Below are positions 45,547 through 52,942 of a stretch of 64,000 nt of DNA, one piece after another; position 1 is the first letter of the stretch, and the number at the start of each line of letters is the position of its first letter. The position numbers and the translations under genes are program-made. The notes beneath the pieces were generated by a model, which worked only from the letters and a program-made list of their open reading frames with translations, had not been told where the DNA came from and ran no database searches. The stretch spans positions 21,550 through 85,549 of the IMG/VR virus record IMGVR_UViG_3300029288_000008; one strand, written 5' to 3'. This DNA comes from a virus. Its lineage: Duplodnaviria; Caudoviricetes.

Positions 45547-45897
45547 TTAGAATACTGCTTTAACTTCACTCATTACATAATCAGTTCCAACAACATCTAA
45601 AATCGCTCTGTAAATGTCGCTTTTGAACTCGCCATTAAAGAAAAACGATTCTCCGGTTAGCAATACCTTAAGAGTCTCTAACGTTCTTTCCTGCTCCATA
45701 ATCTGATTTTTATGAAATTTAACGTCGCCAGCATAGCAGTACAGAACGTTTTTCTTATTAAAGTCAATGTTTGTTTGAAGAACTTCTACATAATTGCACT
45801 TTAACGTTTCTCCAAGAAACCGACTTTGCCTAACAGCTCTGACGTATGCTTCGATTATGTTGCCGATATATTTTTTGTAGATTCTTTTCTGTTTCAT
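45547..45897 (-). CDS. Hypothetical protein
   Basis: AAGGAG RBS; divergent promoter near 45950. Confidence 0.6.
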   Translation of the reverse strand: MKQKRIYKKYIGNIIEAYVRAVRQSRFLGETLKCNYVEVLQTNIDFNKKNVLYCYAGDVKFHKNQIMEQERTLETLKVLLTGESFFFNGEFKSDIYRAILDVVGTDYVMSEVKAVF

Positions 45898-46090
45898 TGC
45901 CGTCTCCTTTATCTCTAAACTGACCTTATTCTATCACAGCTTTTCACGTTGTCAATAGTTTTTCAAAAACTGTAACGCAACTAATACCATAGAACACAGT
46001 GTTACAGTTTTATATCTTTACGATATTGAGTATTGACACGGCGCTAAGTGGATATATAATGAAATCAGTTCACACAAAGGAGATGGGGAA

Positions 46091-46399
46091 ATGACAGTAC
46101 AACAAGAAGAAATCTTAGAAAGCATCAAAAAACAACTTAGAGCAGGAGAGATTACCACAGAAGAGGCCAACGTTCAAATAGTGAGATTAGAACGTATCAG
46201 AATTGTAACAAAACTTTCCAAAGAAATTAGAACATACCTAAACAATGCAGTTAAAGCCGGTAGATTAGGACACCTTAAAAAAGACAGCGCGCTTTCAGAA
46301 ATTTACTATCATCCTAATTTCAAATACCTGGCGCTTGAAGCACGAGAAAAAGAATTATATAGACTGCGAGACGCTCTTAAGAAAACTTGTGCAGCATAA
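46091..46399 (+). CDS. Hypothetical protein
   Basis: Promoter 46032-46060, RBS, terminator. Confidence 0.65.
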   Translation: MTVQQEEILESIKKQLRAGEITTEEANVQIVRLERIRIVTKLSKEIRTYLNNAVKAGRLGHLKKDSALSEIYYHPNFKYLALEAREKELYRLRDALKKTCAA

Positions 46400-46435
46400 C
46401 ACAAAAGAGGACACTAAATCTAGTGTCCTCTTTTC

Positions 46436-46638
46436 ATTGGGTGTACCTTTAGTGTATGATCGCTTTCAAAAGGTACATCTACCTATAGTGTTTTATACCA
46501 TATCAAAACACTATATATAGTGTTTTGGTGTATGAAATGTATGAAATGTACCTTTTTTAACCATGAGTTTTTCACTTTTTTTATAAAAAACAGTAGAAAG
46601 TTTATAGAAATGGGTACATTATGGTACATTCCTACATC
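46436..46638. other. Putative replication origin B, inverted homolog of origin A
   Basis: RC of 46592-46638 matches 16895-16941 at 41/47; RC of 46536-46556 matches 16977-16997 at 21/21. Confidence 0.65.
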
Positions 46639-46718
46639 TTTTCTATATTTTGCCTATTGACAGAAAACGTATTTTCGACTATAATACTAATATCTGAGAG
46701 CGACAAAGGAGCCGATAA

Positions 46719-46988
46719 ATGAACATCTATGAAATGACCATCCAAAAATTCAGCGAATTCACCGGTAGTAAACTGACCATATGGGAGAGTGAGAAGTCGA
46801 AAGTTTGGATGGAATCAGACAAGAACTTTGATGTTTATGTATACGTTCTAAAAAACGGTAAAGTATCTGCACGCCGTTGGATGATCGGCTCGTTGGTATA
46901 TAGTAATGGAGTTATGCGCTACCAGTTGAATTCTGAGTACAAACTCAAAACCGATTATGCGGCTTGGGTAAAGCAAGTATCGGCTTGA
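46719..46988 (+). CDS. Hypothetical protein
   Basis: Promoter near 46656, AAGGAG RBS. Confidence 0.65.
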   Translation: MNIYEMTIQKFSEFTGSKLTIWESEKSKVWMESDKNFDVYVYVLKNGKVSARRWMIGSLVYSNGVMRYQLNSEYKLKTDYAAWVKQVSA

Positions 46989-47085
46989 CACCACTGGATA
47001 TAGTGGTATAATTCACCTTATAATCATTATAAAAACAATCAATTCAGCATTCAGCCAAAAGCCGATGGTGAATTATTGTTTAGTA
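46985..47085 (+). promoter_or_regulatory. Promoter with embedded operator + leader hairpin (family member E) driving the tnpB operon
   Basis: TTGACA-16-TATAAT with the near-palindrome ACCACTGGATATAGTGGT in the spacer; hairpin 47034-47080. Confidence 0.6.
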
Positions 47086-47104
47086 CGGCAAAGGATGACA
47101 TATA

Positions 47105-47341
47105 GTGAAAACTGGTTATTTATGTCTAAACGGTTATGCTGGCCGTTCTGAAACGAAAGTTGAAATAATCGGTGAAACTAAAGATCGGTATAGAATAAGG
47201 GCAATAACAAAAACCAGACTAGCCGGTGAAAACCGATGGTTAAATCCCGGTGAAATTGAACTAGTTCCAAAATACGCAATGATAAGGATTGAAAGCAATG
47301 AAACAACAGTACAAATGGGAACGGCGCGAAAAGAAGTATAA
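47105..47341 (+). CDS. Hypothetical protein
   Basis: GTG start; ORF track. Confidence 0.6.
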   Translation: MKTGYLCLNGYAGRSETKVEIIGETKDRYRIRAITKTRLAGENRWLNPGEIELVPKYAMIRIESNETTVQMGTARKEV

Positions 47342-47430
47342 GCGCAAGAAAAAGATGATCGTTGACGGTAAATCGGTTTTTGTCATAGAGAAAGCAGTTA
47401 ATGAGCGCGGCAAGTGTAAAGAAAAAGTAC

Positions 47431-48552
47431 ATGAAGGCATATAAAGTTAGACTTGAATTAAACAACAAGCAAAAGACGTGGTGCAATCGCTGCGCAGGCG
47501 CTTCTAGGTTTGTTTATAATTGGGGATTGTCTGAATGGAAAAGACAATATGATGCATACAAAGAAGATAATACACTGAAAAGACCGTCTCGGTATGGTTT
47601 ATGTGTACAGTTTAATTCAGAAAAAGATGTTGTGTGTAAATGGATTAGAGAATATCCGTATGCTATAACTGAGGCGGCTTTTGAATGTTTAGGGAAAGCC
47701 TTTGATAACTTCTTTACACGTATCAAAAAAGGAGATTCTAAACTTGGCTATCCTAAATTTAAGAATCGCTATTCAAGAAAAACATTTAGACTGAGGGGAG
47801 TTAAAGTGGAATCGGATCGTGTATTCCTTCCTAAGTTGGGATGGATAAGACTGTCACAGACTGATTATATACCGGTTGGCGCAAGCTATGGAATTTATGC
47901 AACGATTAGCGAACGTGCCGGACACTGGTATATTTCGGTTTTGGTGAAAGATGAAACTGAAGTAAAGGCCGATTTGAATAATACCGTAATTGGAATTGAC
48001 TTTGGTATAGAATCTCTTGCGGTTTTGTCTAACGGGAAGGTATTTGACAATCCCAAACCACTAAGAGAAGCACAGTCAAAATTAAAACGATTACAAAGAG
48101 AACTATCAAGAAGAAATAAAGGTGGTAGTAATTATGCAAAAACAAAAGCACGTTTAGCTAAAGCAAATTTTACGGTTGCAAAAATTAGAGAGCACACTTT
48201 ACACCAAATCAGTAGTTATATAACCAATATTTGTAAACCATCGGTTATAGTTTTAGAGGACTTGAATGTGTCCGGTATGCTTAAGAATCATTGTCTTGCT
48301 CAATCTGTATCGGATGTTGGATTTTACGAATTGCGACGACAGATTGAGTATAAAGCAATTGCACTTGGTATAAAAGTTGTTTTTGTTGATAGATGGTTCC
48401 CATCCTCAAAGACTTGTTCTAATTGTGGATGCATAAAAGACGATCTTACATTAGGTGATAGAACATTTGTTTGTAACGATTGTGGACTTGAAATTGATAG
48501 AGACTTAAATGCAGCTATTAACTTGCGTAATATGGTAAGTGTGGTAGAATAA
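47431..48552 (+). CDS. tnpB: RNA-guided endonuclease TnpB (IS200/IS605/IS607 OrfB), catalytically intact
   Basis: HTH_OrfB N-terminus AYKVRLE.N..Q...AGASRFVYNWGL, RuvC-I GIDFG, RuvC-II VLEDL, Zn finger CSNCG/CNDCG, RuvC-III DRDLNAA. Confidence 0.95.
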   Translation: MKAYKVRLELNNKQKTWCNRCAGASRFVYNWGLSEWKRQYDAYKEDNTLKRPSRYGLCVQFNSEKDVVCKWIREYPYAITEAAFECLGKAFDNFFTRIKKGDSKLGYPKFKNRYSRKTFRLRGVKVESDRVFLPKLGWIRLSQTDYIPVGASYGIYATISERAGHWYISVLVKDETEVKADLNNTVIGIDFGIESLAVLSNGKVFDNPKPLREAQSKLKRLQRELSRRNKGGSNYAKTKARLAKANFTVAKIREHTLHQISSYITNICKPSVIVLEDLNVSGMLKNHCLAQSVSDVGFYELRRQIEYKAIALGIKVVFVDRWFPSSKTCSNCGCIKDDLTLGDRTFVCNDCGLEIDRDLNAAINLRNMVSVVE

Positions 48553-48680
48553 TAAAAGTGAAGGGCGAATCGCGCCCGGATTGCTTAGGGAGTTAGGTGG
48601 TAGTAATAGCCTACTGTGAACTAAGAAGTTGGTATCGAATTTTGAATAAATCCAACGCGCACATTAAATTGTGGTATCTC
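48530..48680 (+). ncRNA. Putative omega-RNA (scaffold + guide) of TnpB
   Basis: Located at the tnpB 3' end; hairpins GGGCG/CGCCC and GTTGG/CCAAC, GGGAGTTAG..CTGTGAACTAAG pattern typical of tnpB ends; boundaries approximate. Confidence 0.6.
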
Positions 48681-48710
48681 CAAGTGGAGTATAGTTATGC
48701 GTACTTAAGG

Positions 48711-48800
48711 GTTTACTCCACACACGTGGGGGTATATGGGATAAATATACTTGAACCATTTGTCTATTGTCGTTTACTCCACACACGTGGGGGTATATGG
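48711..48800 (+). CRISPR. CRISPR mini-array: two identical 29-bp type I-E-like repeats and one 32-bp spacer
   Basis: GTTTACTCCACACACGTGGGGGTATATGG at 48711-48739 and 48772-48800; spacer GATAAATATACTTGAACCATTTGTCTATTGTC; CTCCAC/GTGGGG stem and 8-nt 3' handle as in I-E repeats. Confidence 0.85.
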
Positions 48801-48888
48801 AATACCGCGATTATTGCTATTCTGAAAGCGAAACAACAGATAATGTTTATGCTTGGGCATACTTACCCGAACCGGCTGAGGTTAAATA

Positions 48889-49434
48889 ATGGAATCAACA
48901 GACACCAACATTAAAACGGTAGATAATCATATTTATATGTACTGTGACATTACACCCAAATCAGCCCTAGAGTTGATTGAAGAATTGCAAAAGCTGAACC
49001 GAAAGCTGTTAGTTGACAATGTGGTGAATTTTGGGACTATGCCAATTGTATTGCATATCAATTCAGATGGTGGGGATATGGCATCATCTTTTGCAATTGC
49101 CGATATGATCAAAAACCTAGAAACAGCGGTATACTCTATTATTGAAGGGGTTGCTGCTAGTGGGGCAACAATCATTAGTAGCGGTTGTGATAAACGCTAT
49201 ATTACCGAAAATTCCCTGATGCTGTTACACCCCATGTTTTCAGTATACTGTGGAAATTACGAGGAACTAAAAGATCAATCGTTTGGTAATGATCTGGCTA
49301 TGAAACAATACGTTCGATTCTATGTTAAACACAGTAAGCTAACTAAGAAGGAAGTTAAACGGCTGTTAAAGCGTCAATCCTGGTTAAGTCCAGAAATGGC
49401 ATTAGAATATGGATTAGTTGACGAGGTGATCTAA
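48889..49434 (+). CDS. clpP: ClpP-like serine protease
   Basis: LHINSDGGD, EGVAASGAT (Ser), LMLLHP (His), WLSPEMALEYGLVDEVI. Confidence 0.9.
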   Translation: MESTDTNIKTVDNHIYMYCDITPKSALELIEELQKLNRKLLVDNVVNFGTMPIVLHINSDGGDMASSFAIADMIKNLETAVYSIIEGVAASGATIISSGCDKRYITENSLMLLHPMFSVYCGNYEELKDQSFGNDLAMKQYVRFYVKHSKLTKKEVKRLLKRQSWLSPEMALEYGLVDEVI

Positions 49435-49652
49435 TGTATTGGGTAAAGTACATACGGTATAGCACTGTATTTTCAGCTTATTTTACAACTACTGGCGATA
49501 TGTATGAATTCTTATGTATACTCGATGATAATCACAGTGTAAAAAAGTTTAAGTTTGGAGAAGATGGAGAAACGCTAAACGAAAGCTGTTTTGGATGGGA
49601 AAAGTTTTCTAAATCTTCAATGAGACTATATGAGAATATGTATGAACAATAA
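49434..49652 (+). CDS. Hypothetical protein
   Basis: ORF track, coupled to clpP. Confidence 0.55.
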   Translation: MYWVKYIRYSTVFSAYFTTTGDMYEFLCILDDNHSVKKFKFGEDGETLNESCFGWEKFSKSSMRLYENMYEQ

Positions 49653-49944
49653 CTTCAAACAAGAAATTTTAGTATGCAGTTGTAATGGATTAGAACACAT
49701 CATTCGATTCAGTAATTATTTTGAATGTGGCGATCCTGAAGAGGTTGTAGTTGATTTTCATTTAGCCAAGAAGCCGTTCTTGCAGAGAGTTGTCTATGCT
49801 GTAAAATACGTCTTTGGTTATCAATCAAAATATGGCGCTTTTGATGAAATTCTATTGGATGTTGAAAGCGTAAGTAGATTACAAGAGTTTTTGACTGAAT
49901 TTCAAAAGGAGAAAAAAGATGAGTGCCAAAAAGGTTATCAGTAA
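49630..49944 (+). CDS. Hypothetical phage protein (C.C...EH...F..RV.YA.KY.FGY.S.YG.FDE)
   Basis: Recurrent phage protein pattern. Confidence 0.65.
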   Translation: MRICMNNNFKQEILVCSCNGLEHIIRFSNYFECGDPEEVVVDFHLAKKPFLQRVVYAVKYVFGYQSKYGAFDEILLDVESVSRLQEFLTEFQKEKKDECQKGYQ

Positions 49945-49961
49945 AGTATTGACTTCTGTTT

Positions 49962-50324
49962 TTGGAAAATGTAAGACGTATACGGTTAGATGGTCAAACG
50001 GTCAAAAGACGTATGATACCTATACCGAAAGAGACGGTAGAGAAATTCCGTTGTTTATGGGGATGTCTAATCCTCCTAAAGAACCGAGGGTATAAGATGG
50101 ACAAAGAAGCGGCATTTGAGACAATGAAACTGGTGTTAGACAAAGTTGGTATAACACAGGAAAGCAATGAGGAACTATACAACTTTGTTAAAGAAATGTT
50201 TTGCGCTGGTTTCTATTATGGATATAATGATGCGGTTAAACTTCTCAATCAATTTACTATCAATCAACAAGACGCATTAGACTTGGAGTTTGGATTGAAT
50301 CAATCGAATTACACACAAAAATAA
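49962..50324 (+). CDS. Hypothetical protein
   Basis: ORF track; start uncertain. Confidence 0.5.
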   Translation: MENVRRIRLDGQTVKRRMIPIPKETVEKFRCLWGCLILLKNRGYKMDKEAAFETMKLVLDKVGITQESNEELYNFVKEMFCAGFYYGYNDAVKLLNQFTINQQDALDLEFGLNQSNYTQK

Positions 50325-50417
50325 TGCATCACAGATGTTTCCATCGTTGGATGCATTGATTTTTGAATCTATAATAATTATGAGCAGTATTATAACACAT
50401 CATAGGAGAAAAGTCAA
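50315..50417 (-). ncRNA. Promoter + short RNA hairpin unit (family member F), antisense to its neighbours
   Basis: TTGACT-17-TATAAT on the minus strand, then AATCAATGCATC/GATGCATTATT stem and T tract. Confidence 0.55.
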
Positions 50418-50512
50418 ATGACACATTATGTATTGCTTAAACACGGTTGGGAAGTTGTATTTGAAACCGAGAAAATGACGGTTTATGAACTTGGCAATGT
50501 TCAATACATTAA

Positions 50513-50701
50513 GTGGACAAATGGAAGGGATTTGGTGGTGAAAAAATGACTAAGCCTAATAATTATATGGATAGAGTTCCTTATCGGTTTCACAATAAGT
50601 CGGATAATCCATTCATTTTTGTGATTACAAACAAGTGGTTTATCATCTTTATGATGTTGTTTGTAATGGCATTGTTTATGTTCGGAGATAAGATTTTTTG
50701 A
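50513..50701 (+). CDS. Small membrane protein
   Basis: C-terminal TM. Confidence 0.45.
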   Translation: MDKWKGFGGEKMTKPNNYMDRVPYRFHNKSDNPFIFVITNKWFIIFMMLFVMALFMFGDKIF

Positions 50702-51069
50702 TCTTAGACAAGGGCTTTTTTAGACTGGCAAGGAACGCCAGTTTCAATAGTAACCATCGGTATAAAGTTGGATGTGTAATCGTTGTTCATGGCCGTCCGG
50801 TTAGCGTTGGATGGAATGTGATTAAAACACATCCGACTTATACCAATGAAGAACATCCGAGTATTCATGCTGAGGTTAAAGCGGTGATTAACTCAAGATG
50901 TGATATAACCGGAGGTATTGCTTATGTGTATAGAGAGACTAGGAACGGTGTACCTGCTATCGCTAGACCTTGCGACTTTTGTAGAGAGGTTCTAATCGAA
51001 GCTGGTATAAAAACCGTGTATTACTCTACCGGGTATTATCCATATTGGATGAAGGAGAAGTTAAGGTGA
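50698..51069 (+). CDS. Cytidine/dCMP deaminase-like zinc protein
   Basis: SIHAEVKA and ARPCDFC motifs. Confidence 0.9.
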   Translation: MILDKGFFRLARNASFNSNHRYKVGCVIVVHGRPVSVGWNVIKTHPTYTNEEHPSIHAEVKAVINSRCDITGGIAYVYRETRNGVPAIARPCDFCREVLIEAGIKTVYYSTGYYPYWMKEKLR

Positions 51070-51266
51070 ACTTTGAAGTTATCGTAAAAGAGAAGAAGTC
51101 AGAACCAAAACCAAATGACATTGGGCCATTCGAGGTATTTGTATTTGTTGTGTTTATCGTTGTGGTGGCTATGATTTGTAGATAGAACTTAATATACAAC
51201 GAATCGAAGCGCACTCTAAAAAAGTGCGCTTTTTTGGTTGTGTGTCAAATTTGACTTTACATCTTT

Positions 51267-51629
51267 TTGTGTTATAATAAAGAATATAAAGGTTATATAA
51301 ATATGAGTATTGTCGAATTGGTTTTGTTGGGCTTTGCAACGTGGCGGCTTACTTCTTTACTGTATAGAGAAGAAGGGCCGTTTGGGATATTTGTGAAATT
51401 AAGGGAAAAGTTGGGTATACAGCATATTGATGGGAAGCCGTGTATATATCCAGATCGGTTTTGGTGTAAGTTGTTTAGTTGCGTGTGGTGTCTATCGGTT
51501 TGGGTAAGTGCTACATTTGTCGTATGGTATATTTTTTTGCCATCGGTTGCAATTATTTTTGCACTATGGTTAAGTTTAAGCACAATTACAATAGGATTAG
51601 ATAAATGGCTTGTTGTGGACAGAGAATAA
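51267..51629 (+). CDS. DUF1360 family membrane protein
   Basis: ATWRLT.LL..EEGPF..F..LR...LFSC.WC.SVWVS. Confidence 0.8.
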   Translation: MCYNKEYKGYINMSIVELVLLGFATWRLTSLLYREEGPFGIFVKLREKLGIQHIDGKPCIYPDRFWCKLFSCVWCLSVWVSATFVVWYIFLPSVAIIFALWLSLSTITIGLDKWLVVDRE

Positions 51630-51961
51630 CTAAGAAAAAGAAAGTGATTGTACCAAAACCAGAAGCGGTAGAAGATGGGTACAATGAGGGCGATTATGGT
51701 TTTGTGAAGGTTTCATACAATGGCGACTTAACCATTAAGGTAAATGGATGTAAGACGGGGAATCGGTATCTATTCGGTAAGGGGTCGGTAAGATCAGTTG
51801 ATTATGGGGATGCTCAGTGTTTGTTCGATCTAATGCCGGGCGCTTTCCAAGAAGTTGTAGAAGTTGTAAAAAAAGCGGCAAAGAAAGCTATACCAGTTGT
51901 TGAGAGTTTAGAAGATGGCATTAAAACCGATAATTCCGAGAGTGAATATATCCCAAGCTGA
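51605..51961 (+). CDS. Small Cys-start protein of the tail module; paralog of the C-terminal domain of the 41368-43518 glycosyltransferase
   Basis: MACCG...Y.G....V.G..T...Y......V...DAQ.L. Confidence 0.65.
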   Translation: MACCGQRITKKKKVIVPKPEAVEDGYNEGDYGFVKVSYNGDLTIKVNGCKTGNRYLFGKGSVRSVDYGDAQCLFDLMPGAFQEVVEVVKKAAKKAIPVVESLEDGIKTDNSESEYIPS

Positions 51962-52394
51962 CTTTAATAAGCGCATTGAAGCGCAAATGAAGAAGTTTGT
52001 TGATTTGGTGCATAGCGACTTTCAGTTGACGGTTAGGACTTGGAAGAATTCTGGCAGGTTGTTTTCAAAGACGGTAAAAGCTGGTGTGAAAATTACTAGG
52101 GGAGAAGTTTTAACTGGAAGCAAAAAGTACTCTTATGTAAACGATGGAACTAAAGCTCATTATATTGCGCCGGTTAGATCAAGGTTTTTGAGGTTCAAAA
52201 GTGGGTACACGCCCAAAACACAACCTGGAAATATTATGTCTAGGAACGGCGGTTCGTCTGGGAATTATGTGTACTCAAAAGGGCACTGGGTTAAGGGTAT
52301 TCAGGCAAGGCGTTTCGATAAAGAGATTAAGAATCTAAGAGAAAAAGACTTTTTAACGATTATGGAAAAAGCGCTTTTTGTTGAAGAGAAATAA
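51915..52394 (+). CDS. Neck/tail completion protein (HK97 gp10-like)
   Basis: YSYVNDGTKAH.I......L.F motif; position in the tail module. Confidence 0.65.
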   Translation: MALKPIIPRVNISQADFNKRIEAQMKKFVDLVHSDFQLTVRTWKNSGRLFSKTVKAGVKITRGEVLTGSKKYSYVNDGTKAHYIAPVRSRFLRFKSGYTPKTQPGNIMSRNGGSSGNYVYSKGHWVKGIQARRFDKEIKNLREKDFLTIMEKALFVEEK

Positions 52395-52409
52395 GCGGAG
52401 GTTTAAGGT

Positions 52410-52928
52410 ATGAGTGCAAATGAAGTTCATTTTACCGGGGGACAAGGGGCGGTTTGGTTACAGCCCGATGGGCCGGGGACTGATATGGTGTTTTTAGGGT
52501 GTCACGAGGTGGCTTCGGTTGAAGAGCCGTTAGGGGATTATAATCCGTTCTTCTGTCCTGACCCGTCACAACCTAAAAATTGGATAGCAACCGGAGAAGT
52601 TTATAATCCGCCTGAAGCGGTTACAACTTCGATTGTAGAAGATATTTTAGGTACACTGGCATATTTGGAAAAACAATTATGTCCATTCGCGCTTTATATT
52701 AATATGGTGTGTGGCGGACGTAAAGATGTTTTTACAAACTATGAGAGAACATTTGTTTTGGATGTAAGAAGGATTACGTCAAGAACTTATGACAATGTGG
52801 CGATGCGTGACACCGATGATCGTGGTACGATTACACACGAAATTAGCGCTGCTCCTCCACTAATTAAAGTGGTTAAAGTTGCCGGTTTTGATCAAACTTT
52901 GCCGGATTCGGCTTTTACGCCAGCATAA
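52410..52928 (+). CDS. Putative major tail (tube) protein
   Basis: Position before the chaperone/TMP genes; strong GGAGG RBS; beta-rich. Confidence 0.55.
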   Translation: MSANEVHFTGGQGAVWLQPDGPGTDMVFLGCHEVASVEEPLGDYNPFFCPDPSQPKNWIATGEVYNPPEAVTTSIVEDILGTLAYLEKQLCPFALYINMVCGGRKDVFTNYERTFVLDVRRITSRTYDNVAMRDTDDRGTITHEISAAPPLIKVVKVAGFDQTLPDSAFTPA

Positions 52929-52942
52929 GGGGATTATAAATT

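Noticed and set aside
48657-48670. Putative TnpB guide shares GCACATTAAA with the 16-bp stem at 14588-14603/14676-14691
   Set aside because: Only a 10-nt match, which is expected by chance in 128 kb of both strands given the uncertain guide start; no TAM evidence.
48740-48771. Self-targeting by the CRISPR spacer (for example the own yopX 5' end or 8647-8657)
   Set aside because: Best by-eye matches are 11 contiguous nt or about 15/32 identity; no protospacer was found in the window.
48801-48860. A third CRISPR repeat after a second 32-nt spacer
   Set aside because: The sequence at the expected position does not resemble the repeat and reads as a protein-coding remnant.
50698-51069. Deaminase as part of a DNA hypermodification pathway with the GTs
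   Set aside because: It is 7 kb from the GT cluster with no companion base-modifying enzymes in the window; an ordinary nucleotide-pool role is simpler.
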